A DNA stretch of 63,855 nucleotides, filler included, from Choristocarpus tenellus KU-1152 (lineage: Eukaryota > Protista > Phaeophyceae), in the NCBI GenBank assembly GCA_964200185.2. It is 9 parts of 9 records of this genome, joined end to end, with 100 filler letters (N's around TTAATTAATTAA, not from the genome) between each part and the next. Parts side by side here need not be neighbours in the genome. Positions count along the whole stretch, not along the records: positions 1 to 24,642 come from CAXNAD020000206.1; positions 24,743 to 36,672 come from CAXNAD020002063.1; 7 more parts are not named here. One strand, given 5' to 3'. The position numbers were made by a program, and so were the translations under genes. The notes beneath the pieces were generated by a model that was given only the letters and a program-made list of their open reading frames with translations, did not search any database and had not been told where the DNA came from. Positions 15,101-25,964 of the stretch are shown one piece after another (the stretch's first letter is position 1; every line of letters begins with the position of its first letter).

Positions 15101-18100
15101 AATGCTCTACTATACAGAGATGATGAGTACATGCTATTATTGTGAGACACAGCGCCACCTTTTTTTGGTTCTTAAAAGTGAAACAAGACAAAATATAAAT
15201 ATTTGTTCACCTAGTTGTGTTAGTCGTAAATTAGAAACTTGGGGAACGCTATCTCACTTTTAACCGTTTAAAATAATAATTCTCTGCAATTTTGATGTGC
15301 TAGTTTAATATTTGCTATTATTGACGTATGTCCTAATTGTCTCTTCATGTTCATTTTGAACTCCTACCTTGAAATTAGTTTTGATTAGGCCTTTTTTTAA
15401 CTTGACATGTACCTGATAAAATGTGCACTATGCTAGTTGATTTTACCCTCTTGATTTTTTTCATTAACAGCTGTGGTTCAGAAGTGGTACCACAGAGTTG
15501 CAATGAAGGTGTCAGAAATCTGAGTAGTCCCTTTTTTTGACCTCTTAGGTACATTGGTAGGTGTGAACATATGCTAATAGTAGGTTGAGAAGTGTCCAGG
15601 TGACGGAGCCCTACATAAGCTGTGATAACTTGAGTACAATATGTACATTTGGTTTTTAATAACACACCCCTTGGATTTTAACATTTATTGTGTATGAACC
15701 ATTCAGTCATGTGGCGATTTTGTTGCCCCGGGGGGGGGGTAGAGGCCAGGAGTAGGGTACTGAGAATCAGTAATGGAAGTAGGTGTAACTGCTGTTTGTC
15801 CTATCCCTGACCTTCAACTAAGCAACAGTGTATTTCAAAGTTTGAACTACAGTAGTCCTATAATATAGTAGCACTATTTCCACAGCATCAACATTAGTAA
15901 GAACACTATATACCTCCCCTGGGGGTGGGGGGGGGGGGTTGCACCACTGTCTGCGACCCACTTTTTTTTAGGCCAAGTACAAGCAGCTCATGCTAACATT
16001 CCGGAATGTGCGTAACTACCGCCTGGTAGCTTCAGTGATTTCAAGGTCCACAACACCTTCAGAACTTGCCACAAAGGTGAGGGGGCGGGGAGAGGGTATC
16101 ATGAAGATCTTCATATCATTTAAGGGTAAGTTGTGGTCATAACATAAAAATCGTGATTGATGAAGGAAATTCATTGTATTTCTATCGTGTTGGGGCTGGG
16201 TTTGCAACCACAGTAATAGAATCTCCAAAGGCTCTTGCTTGCTTTGTTCATTGTAGTGTGACTCCCACTGTAGGGATGTGGGAGGGAGCCAAGTTTGGTC
16301 CTCAAGTACGATTTCAGTATTATTAGGACTTACTTTTTAAAACACTACCCAATGATGAAACGATGGTGATCATAATATTGCAATGCAAATGCATCCTTTT
16401 TGGTATACACTCTTTTTGGGTACCGCATCCGGTACCCCTCCTTTTTTTCCCCATTATCATTGTACTTGAAGTTATTATTAGGAAGCGTAACACATACCAT
16501 TTGATTGGTCGCCCAATTGGCTCTTATCTCACAGGAAAGCAGAGCACGGTACTGATACGGGAGTATTTTGTGTATAGCTGTTCTTGATGTATAGTATGCG
16601 TGCTACAGAGATCAACTGGACAATACAAAGTAGTTGCTTGAGTTAGAGGCTGATGTGGCCTTGAGCCGATTTTCACACCTTTATGTCTCTTTTTATGCCA
16701 TCATTTTTTTTTTCTGGTCCCCAAATGCCTGTATAGTTCCTTGAGTGTGAGGCTGACGTGACTTTTGAGTCGGTCCTTACACCTTTTTTTTTGTGCTATC
16801 AACATTTTTATTATTATTGGACATGTGCCTGTAGTGTGAACACGGTGGCCAGCAGGGGTAACTTCTCTTTTCTGCAAGGCATTGTGCAGAATTATCACGT
16901 TTACATGTGCATGTATGCCATGTGTGTAATGATATTTTGAAGTCTTAGGGGTCCTCCACTTGCCATGTGTTTTTGTGTGTTACCCAGGTATGTTCAATTG
17001 TACATGTGTATGTATCCTGTCTGTGTATGTGTTAATGTGATTACAAGGTCTCAGGTCTAAGGTAAATTTGAGGGCAGTGGTACTGGATTAAGGAAAGGTA
17101 AAATTAGATCAGATGTGATTCAAGGCATTTGCTCTTGGAGGGAATGAGGGTTGGTATTTATGTGGGGAAACGTTTTGGTAGCTGGAAGTTATATGAAGGA
17201 TCAGCCAACAAGATATTATTTCAATCTGGCTTGCTCATTACTGTATATTCAACAACTGACCAAAAATTCCCCTGTTGTTTAGTTTAAACCGGGAATGAGT
17301 ATCTGTAGGTATGGAGGTGGAGGTGGAGGTGGAGGCCAACATAAAGTGTGCAGCTGTACCTGAGTGTTGGATGGTCGATTTTGAGGGTTTACATATGTGT
17401 GTTGTTGTGTTTCCTCGTCTGCTGTGTGACTCAACCAATTGCAACTTGTACTGGCATCATTTGAGGTGGTGTGTATTGGAAACCCTGTATAAAGAGAGGA
17501 GTAGATGATAGTGAAGAACAGGTGCCATCTTGTCAGTGCACTACACTACACATAGACTCCTGACAAGTGTCAAAAAGAGCAAAATATATCTATATTAGTA
17601 GTACAAGGGGATTTTAGTGAAGAGTTTGTGCCAAATGTTTTTTGTTCCCATGTAGGTATTGGTTTGTTGAGAGTATTCAGAAGTGTTTAGGGTGAGATTT
17701 TGGAGGATTTCCTCTAAATCCTATACAGTACGAAGAATGGGGATGGGACGTGAGTATCTACAATATGTTCATTGAAAAGGTCAGTTCGTTACTTTTTGTC
17801 ATACCCAGTGTGAGTCTAAAGAAATATTGTTTTTACTGCATTATTTTTGTTGTTAATGCCACACTAGAAAATTCAGGATGGAATTGCTTGTTTCTCTTTG
17901 ATTGGACAGTTACCAAGTATCTTTTGGATATACGAAATATACATTTAGCCATCCTGTCAAAAGGTGTGGCGTAGGGATTCTCATCTTACCAGAGGCGGAT
18001 ATTTGTCGTAAGAGTGTGTGGCAAAACAAGTAGTATGATAAGTGTTTGCCTATCCAACATAGCATTTATCTCCTTTCATCCTACAATGTACCCATTTTAC

Positions 18101-18980
18101 AAGAAGGGGGCCCGAACTTTTAACGATAGCCCCACCTACGCCAACCAACGCACTTTTAATAATAGTGTAAGGTCTTTGTGGTAAAACCGTTGGCAAATCT
18201 CTATAGATCTCTTCCTGTGCAATACTAGTGATCAATAGTGTGAGCATGATACGATATTTCTAAAATAGCAACAATTAATTGCTATGACTACAATGACTTT
18301 TTTGGAGTTGTTGATGCAGGTTGGGGGTTGCATCCCATTTTTGTGTCCAAGAAATATCCTACAACGGATTTTTTTTTTCTTGCTTTTTCATTCAAATTTC
18401 GTGCCCATCCAAAACTGTTGTTAGGGTGGTCCACTTGATCTAGAGGGTGGGGGAGAAGAAATCAACAAAGACAAGTTCCAACAGTTTTTAAAGGGAAATT
18501 GACAATTTCGACGATTGCCACCATGAAAACGTCAATAATATGTGGTTTATGGTGTGGTGCGATATTGTTTTGTGGTTATGACCAACAGCGGTGTAGGGCA
18601 AAACTCCTCGTCACTGCTTTGGCTCACCCTTGTATTTCCCCAAACTCTGACTGCAATGTTTATTAAACCATCATAGTTACACTGTTAAAGGTCGCGGCAA
18701 CAATAATACTAGGTTTAGAAGATGCAAGATGACGCACAAGAGGATGAGGTTGACTTCAAAGATACGTTAGCTAATTATTCTTTCTACACAGGAGGAGGTG
18801 ACCACCATGCACATTCCCTCGTGTGTGTGATTTTCTCTTTTCCAGGATGCAGTAGGCCTACTGAAGTCACTGAGCTCTGCACTCGACTGCCTGGCTACGC
18901 CCCTGAGCAGTCGGAATGGCCCTGGCACGTCAAAGGGGAGAAAAGGAAGCAGCCATAGACCCCACAGACCCAGTGCATAG
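104..18980 (+). CDS. Multi-exon chromatin protein, 5'-truncated: RING (C-terminal half), PHD, PZP (PHD-Zn knuckle-ePHD), Tudor-like, long disordered region, TFIIS central-like domain. Exons 104-204, 1092-1260, 1537-2410, 2714-2875, 3835(or 3838)-4106, 6443-6502, 7045-7156, 8048-8318, 8711-11603, 15972-16076, 18846-18980
   Basis: All introns are GT-AG with matching phases; summed CDS is 5154 nt ending in TAG. Motifs rebuilt across junctions: [23 protein letters not shown]; PHD SVQ|[14 protein letters not shown]...WLCGPC; [24 protein letters not shown]|[11 protein letters not shown]..|[27 protein letters not shown]|[26 protein letters not shown]|RH; TFIIS_M-like [11 protein letters not shown]|[35 protein letters not shown]. 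The last exon is the least certain. Confidence 0.85.
2356..2409 (+). repeat. Coding 9-bp tandem repeat (TCAGCAGCG)n encoding (SAA)6
   Basis: Directly visible at the end of the 1537-2410 exon. Confidence 0.9.
13906..14164. mobile_element. MITE family A (Sola-like), intronic copy
   Basis: Inverted termini GAGTCAAAGTATCTTAGAGGGT...ACCCTCTAAGATACTTTCTCTC, flanked by AAAA/AAAG; internally similar to 40311-40568 and 48258-48480. Confidence 0.85.
14681..14860. repeat. ~57-bp minisatellite, about 3 copies
   Basis: Unit CAGTTGAAAATCGAGATTAATAGTGCTGGTTCATTATCGTTATTGCTACTATTACTA repeated directly. Confidence 0.9.
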
Positions 18981-21900
18981 TCAACGTGCACCTTGGTGCT
19001 GCCCACTAATGCTTTCCAGAGGGCTGTTTCATTTGTGAAGTGTTAATGTTGTGATATCTTATGTCCTACCGCTCCATGTGGTTATATATATTGCACTTTT
19101 GCTGTACCTTGAAAGTTATAGTGAAGTACATTTGTTGAGATGGGACTTGAGGATGATCATGTTCCATCATTCCTCGCTGCTTTGTCAACACGCATGCCTG
19201 GTTGCAATTTTCCATGCACTTTGCAAACTGACCAAAGGCTTCGCTCCTCAGATGGGGGGAGAAATATTTGCAGTTTTATTTGCTTGCCAAGCAGTAAAAG
19301 CACCTTCTCCAACTGTATCCTTCCCCTTCCCCACCCCCCACCCATTGTATGATACCATGTACTGTGCGATGACTTACAATGGCGTGCTTTGTTGTCAATT
19401 CAATCTGTTTAATCACAATGAATGGTTTTCAGTTGGCACCCGCCAGGAAGGTACCCATTTGGCGAGATTTTGCCACTACAGCTCAATACAACTAAAATAT
19501 TATGTGTGCGTGTGACTATGTTACTTCTATGTGGTAGGTTTTGGTAGTGGGTGTGGTGCTCTCATTGTCAATTATTGTTGAGGCTCAAGTTGTCAAGTTT
19601 TGTCCATTTTTTTTCTGGGGAGCTGGAGCTGAGAATAGGGTATTGTTGTATAGTACTCCAGATTACTTTATAATGTTGTAAAATAAACCAAAATAACCAA
19701 GATGATCTTGACTTTTCAAAAAAACCTCCATTGTCTTGACATGCCTGGCTGTATGACTGTAATTTGACGTGTAATTGACTCAAAACACTTACCTTGTATC
19801 TGCCTACCCTTAGATGCCGAATTCTGTCTTCTCAATCCTCATCATTTGTGTTAGTGCAGTTTTGAATGGCTATTCATAGTCGTTACAATACAATTTCCTC
19901 AACAAAATTCTCTTTGAAAAAAAAACATATGCCTGTTGTATATCCATCTAAAACAAAAGAGGAAATCATAGCAAGGGGGAAAGGGGGAAGTAAGGTCGTA
20001 CATCTATATAATTAAAATAGACCGTCTACATTCACTCATAGAGTGGTATCTGATACATTGTACTAATACCCCCAACAGGCAACACAGTCACAACATAAAC
20101 CTTCGACTTTGTTGCGAAAATCTCTTCTGAGATCACTAGCTTCGGTCATTTCTTTCCTGCAAACAATTGTGACCTACGCAACAACAGCAACCAGAGGAAT
20201 CCCACATCAATACACCCAACCACACCAGTCCCAATCGCCTTTGCATGCCCCATAACAACCCAGCCCCTTCCTGGTGCCTTTCAGTCTACTCCTGATTCAC
20301 AGTCCCTTAGCCAACATAATAGTCCCAGTAGTAATATTGATATGAAGTACATAACCAGGGCACTTCACTGGACATGGACTGGTACGATACTTCTGGATAT
20401 GGTCCAGGCATACTAGAGAATGCTAGATCTGGTCCAGCTGATGGACATGACCAAGACATGTCAGATAATTGTGGGACTGGTATAGCTGGTGGAAAGGACC
20501 ACTTTTATTTGGCGGCCCAGTGAAACACCCTAGTAATAATTAGGAAGAAGTTCCAATGATAGAAATGCAATTCCTGGTACAATTTTTAGCTGATTTTTTT
20601 ATCATGATCAAAGCATAATACACCCAGTGATATTTGAGTATATTCAAAAACAGAGTGGGAATTTTTTTTGTTATTTATGTTTATTGATTTTAAGAAGGGG
20701 AGAAGAAAAAAAGCACTCTGGACTACATTAATAGATACAGGGGAAACAGACTTAAAAATGAACAATGAACGTTCCCATCTAAATCAAGTATGTGTTGGTG
20801 ATCTGATAAGGTTTTGGATTGCTTTCTAAAAGGGAGAATTTCGAGTTTCCACAAAAGCAAGTCATTCACTACTGCAGGAAGTATCGGGTAAGACAGAGGG
20901 TAGTGTGCCCTCATAAAATATTTTTCCCCTATTTTGTTGTTGTATCATTGTGCACTCCACCTCCATTAAATAGGAGTACATAAATTCAAAAAGAGTATTT
21001 CTGCATTTTAAAGCAAGGAGGGTCTGTTGGTCGGAGGGTCATTCCATCCAATATAAATTAAAAGGAGGTGTAGAATGTGATAACGCTCTGTTTTTTCATA
21101 ATGGCAAATGCAACACAGTGAAAAGGGCCTCCGCCAAGCCCATCACTAAAACCCTACTCCCGAGCCAGCCACTGTAGTAAATGGAAATTGGAGGAGAACT
21201 CTCACAACCAGCCTCGTTGCAACCAGTTTGTGTACTGTATCAAAGTGTGAGGATGGGATGACTTTGCACAGATTTTAGGCTCTAAAATCAATACCAATGG
21301 TGACTCAAAGTAATCTTGCAACAAAAAAAGAACAAAGAATCGAGAACTAAGCATGGCTGTTTCAGTTCAGGCATAGGATCTGTAGTACAACTGGAACAGA
21401 GGTACTTTTCTGATCTGAGGGTCAAGGTTAGCCACAGCACAACATATTCTAGGTTGATAGTCTATGACAGTGACTGTGTGGAGCAGCTGCAACGGCAAAC
21501 TTTATGTACATAATCTCCTAGGTGTGAATAGCGCTCTATGCTGCAGAAAAGAAACAACTGTAACATCACACCACTTCGTCATTTCATTGGGCATTGAATT
21601 CCTGTTGTCTCTGTGAGATAATGATGCTTCCTTGAACAAGGCATACATAGCGCAACAATCAATGCTTCCAGCAAGAGCACGTTGAAGAAAAAACTAGGAC
21701 ATTTATGGGATATACTCTCTGTACCAGAAGGGACAGTCTAAATAACCACGTAAATTATTTAAAATATTTTTGCACAATGACACAGAAAAACCACACAAAT
21801 AAATGTAAGGGTGTCAAAACTGCTGCATGGGACACAATTGGGGTAAGTTGAAAGGAACAGGGTGGTAGGTACCATGATGTGACATCGAATATCTCCCAGA

Positions 21901-21993
21901 GCAACAAAGGTCCCCTACCAGACTTGTCGCTATACATTAAAAGCAGTAACCCAAAGTACACACAAGTTCCTTTGCCAATACAAGTAAAACATT

Positions 21994-23341
21994 TCACAAA
22001 CCGGTCGAAGGTAGCATATTAGCCCAGAAGGCACTCCAGCAGCTCAATGCATAAATCCCAGCTGTTTCAGCACGCAAAACGGTAGGTCCCAAGGACACGA
22101 ATCGGACGAATGGGTACCGTGCCATCAACTCCAGTTCCTGAAGGTCGAAACCACCCTCAGGTCCGACTAGAAACGCTGCTGCCCCCCATCTACTGACATC
22201 ACTACTCCTGAATATATCCGACGCTGCAGCGTCTGCGAGGGCTTGGAGTAAGGGCGGTGCATCTAGGCCGCGTTCCTTGCATACAAAAAGAGGCATCACC
22301 CGTTGTTCTCTAGTTTGAACAACAGGCCCTTGTGGCGTTTCAATGACTTCCTTCCCCCACCTCTCCAAGAGGAGGGCAAGTGCAATGGGTGTGGTATCGA
22401 TGAACGGCAAAGTTAACCGCTCACACTGCTCTGCCGCCTCGATGACTGTGGGCTGCAATTTACTTAGAACTCCGACGTCTGGCGTGGAGCTTTGCGTACG
22501 AGCAGTGTGAACCAGGCTTAGACCCGACACTCCAACCTCCACAGCTTTCTCAACCAATTGCTTAACTCTCACTTTACGGATAGGGGCGAAGAAGAGTTCT
22601 GCACTCGGAGGGTCAGTCCCGGTGATTGGTTGCGGTCTCAAGAGTCTTTCGATCCGTAGCGAAGCACCCCGTGATGCGGCGCGGTTATTCCGCCGGGGTC
22701 CCTGACCACCCCCAACACCCTGAATTGAAGCTAGAAATTCTCCACTGGTCCCGTCAAACACACGAACGAAATCCCCATTTCGAAGTCGCAAAACACTTAC
22801 AAGATATTGAGCCTGCGATTGGGAAAGTTGAGCCGTTCGACCGGGCCACAGTCCTCCACTTTCCAAATATAGTCTCGGCTTGTGCAACCATCTTGTGGAT
22901 TCCTCCTCGGTCAAGTCAGATGACTTGTCGATAGAGCTTCGATCTGCCTTGAAAGAACCACTCTTTACGAGATCGGATGACTCCCCTAAGGGGCTGCAAT
23001 CCTGCCCAAGCAGATGATTGAACAGTGTGGACAAGATCGAGGAAGAGAATCATTGGATATTGGGCAATTTGAGCTCTGCTATCATTCCAAGCGACGATTA
23101 CTTCATGGGAAGTCACACCCACCTCAGCATTCAGGTCATCTGCACCGGTTCCACGAAGGTAACCCCAAAACCTTCGCGTAGATGCATGATATTTTCGACC
23201 AAATCTCCAGGCACTACCCTCGATCTTGTTATGGTGGAGTGTGGGGTTGGAAAGGAGATTTGAACGACAGGGCGATTCAATTGAAACTGATTCAGCTTCG
23301 AGAACCAAAGCCAGAAAGAATGCACCAAGAGTACGCGCCAT
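21994..23341 (-). CDS. rsmE: 16S rRNA (uracil1498-N3)-methyltransferase RsmE with N-terminal targeting presequence; exons 23341-23123 and 23001-21994 (408 aa)
   Basis: RsmE/SPOUT motifs YLVSVLRL, VRVFDG, VEKAVEVGV, IEAAEQCERLTLP, VGPEGGF, SLGPTVLRAETA. A phase-0 GT-AG intron (23122-23002) joins the two ORFs of the track; hydrophobic N-terminus MARTLGAFFLALVLEAES. Confidence 0.93.
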
Positions 23342-24128
23342 AACCGCGATTGACTAGATTCTTCAAGGAAACAACCCTGAACCACCACCGTCCTCCCCCC
23401 CACTTTCCCTCGTCGTCGCTGGTTCCTCGGCCTATTGCAAGTGTCATGTTTTTGACAAACACCCCTAATAATAGTGTCCAAAATCAAATTCTCTAAGTCT
23501 TAAGTATCACTTTGTATTATAGTGTTAGGGTTAGGGTTAGGGTTGTATATATAGGTAAGACTAATTAGTTCAAAAAGGCCATTGGTCCCCTTCTTCATAC
23601 TACGTCAATTATCGAGGGTTTGAATCCTACCAATGAAAACCTTTTTTTCACCGAAATCTGCATTAGAATGTCCATTTTTTCATGTATCAACCATAACTCA
23701 TCAAAGGTGTCGCTCAGGTGACGGTAACTTTGACCCCATTGAACATTTTCCTTGTCTGCCGTCTCAGATGGCTATTACGATATATCGGTGCGATGGATGT
23801 CGCACTGTTTCCATTACTCGTAGTTGATTCCAAATACACTTTGAAAACAAACACCAAACTATTTCTATCTCCTGACTCCAAAGGTTACAGACTTACAGTC
23901 TTGCAGGTATGTGGTTAGTTCGTTGCCTTGGTGTCTGGTATTGGTGTGGATATTTAACTTGGTACAGTGGGTAATCGCATCACACAATGTAGAGGTGCAA
24001 TATGTATAGGGGTTTCCACAACTATGTGTAAAGGCATCCTGGGTGGTCATGGCACCAACGATTAAAGTAGAATATATGTATCAGTGGTGGTTGTTTGGGC
24101 TACTGTAGCTGCTGCCTTCGCATGATAA

Positions 24129-24304
24129 GACCCAAAGTATCTGGGGGGGGGGCAATCTACACCAGGGTGTCCATTTGGTCAAAACCAGGAAAAGTGCACT
24201 TACATTATCCATCCAACGTATGCAACCAAATCACCCAAAAATCGCAACATAAAAAAATTGACCCCAAATGGACAGCCGCCACACACCCCCAGATACTTTG
24301 AGTC
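24129..24304. mobile_element. MITE family B, complete copy
   Basis: TIRs GACCCAAAGTATCTGGGGG / CCCCCAGATACTTTGAGTC (18/19 match). The same terminus ends contigs at ~24622, ~36657, ~48481 and ~56898. Confidence 0.85.
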
Positions 24305-24329
24305 GAATACAACATAAGCTCACAGCTTG

Positions 24330-24621
24330 ATTGGAATCTCACTCTGCCACAAACCTCATCATCTTGGCAACCACACACTCCTACTACTTCTCTAGGTTCA
24401 TTGCTCTTGACCTCTCCCTATCCCTCAATCTAATCCCAAACTTCTCAAGGTCGTGTTGTAGGCACATCCACCACTTCTTCTCCTGTCCCCCCTGCTTCTG
24501 TTTTCAGTAACAACCTCCCCAAACATCAATGCATTAGGAATCCCCTCATCCCCAATGTGTGCAATTGACACAGCAAATGGGAGTCTCTGGTTGCGCACAG
24601 TCACCTCAATTGTCTCACACA
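24330..24621 (-). mobile_element. RTE-clade LINE 3' fragment, degenerate
   Basis: Translation ETIEVTVRNQRLPFAVSIAHIGDEGIPNALMFGEVV..RSRG/GQEKKWWMCLQHDLEKFGI matches the RTE post-RT pattern (RRLRWAGH..RM...RLPK.++FGEL..G.R.RG.Q.K.W...L..DL..FGI); contains a frameshift. Confidence 0.7.
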
Positions 24622-24642
24622 GATCCAAAGTATCTGGGGGGG

Positions 24643-24742
24643 NNNNNNNNNNNNNNNNNNNNNNNNNNNNNNNNNNNNNNNNNNNNTTAATTAATTAANN
24701 NNNNNNNNNNNNNNNNNNNNNNNNNNNNNNNNNNNNNNNNNN
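24643..24742. other. Artificial contig-joining spacer (also 36673-36772, 41480-41579, 44253-44352, 48520-48619, 52728-52827, 56940-57039, 61142-61241)
   Basis: Each is exactly 100 nt: 44 N, TTAATTAATTAA (stops in all six frames), 44 N. Confidence 0.98.
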
Positions 24743-25216
24743 ACCCTTAAAAAGTGCCGAAACATTTGCAAAAAAAGACATATCCTGGGCCCTTACAAGT
24801 GCAAAGACATTTGCAAAAAAAAAATTCGGTACTTTTTCAAGACCGTTTTCGATCGTCAACCATCCTCATAGCCCCGCTCCTTCCTCAATTCTCCAAATCC
24901 ACTGTTATATACTTTCGTCTTGGGGTTGCGTCACAGTAAGATTACGCCAGGAGAGCGGCAATATGTTTTAGAAAGTCTGAATAAATATATCAAACCTAGG
25001 ACTTCAAGATCACAATGGTATTTATGAAACTGTCATCAAGACATATCGCCTGTAACACACTCACTGTCGTCCTCCCTGAAATCAAACCAGTGGTACAAGA
25101 ACAGTTATGGAAGCTTGCCCTGGCAGAAATCCAAGAAGTGCTTGTCGTGCTCACTACTTACATCACTATTCGACGTAGGCACCTGCCGTGCCAGGTGGGA
25201 GGTACAATGGTGTAAT

Positions 25217-25545
25217 GAGTCAAAGTAAACGAGAGGTACCCAGAATTGCATTTAAGGATGTCAATAAATAAGTGCAAAATTCGGCTTTCTTTACATATGC
25301 AAATAGAATATTATCCGAATAGTGTCGAAAAGTATCAAACAGCGAAATCAACCCTCTCAGGTCAAACTTAGTGTTACAGGCGAATAGCACGAGCATTTCT
25401 TCTTGTGTTCTAACAAATGCGAACATTTGTTACACGTGAATAGCGCGAGCATTTCTTCTCATGTTTTAGCAAACACGAAAATTTGTGACAGGCGAATAGT
25501 GCGAGCATTGTTTCTCGCGTTCTAACAAGTGCAAACAATTATACG
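25217..25545. repeat. Dispersed repeat starting GAGTCAAAGTAAACGAGAG, with an internal ~56-bp tandem triplication (25373-25540); related copy starts at ~52941
   Basis: Unit GTTACAGGCGAATAGCACGAGCATTTCTTC..AACAAATGCGAACATTT occurs 3 times; start resembles GAGTCAAGGTAAACGAGAG at 52941. Confidence 0.65.
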
Positions 25546-25964
25546 ATATTAGTAACACATTGATAGCCATACGAAATAAATGCTGATTTCGTAGAAGATA
25601 CAGTAAGATTCGTAATGCATACGTAACATTACAGAAGAAAACGTCGAAGTTCTTAAGAAGTTGCAGGATAAAGGTTTATGGTTGGAGTGCGTATAGAGCA
25701 ATTGCATAGAAGACCGAAAAAATTGGGTGGATGACGAAAATAATAAGAGGGCTTTTGATCAAATCCATTACTCCCCTTAAAACAGTTTTTTTTTCTTGAA
25801 CTTAACATTAAGTCGAGCTTTGAGCTACGCACTGAGTGGAGTATCGAGAGAAAAGGCTGCCTGACACCCAACAAACTGTTACCAAGGGCAGCGTCCCCAT
25901 AGCATTGTTTTAAGGTCGTTGGATTTGAGTTATACATCCTGTGCAGGTGAGTTCTGGGGCGCAC

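Noticed and set aside
23525-23545. True telomere
   Set aside because: Only ~3 TTAGGG units, internal to the contig.
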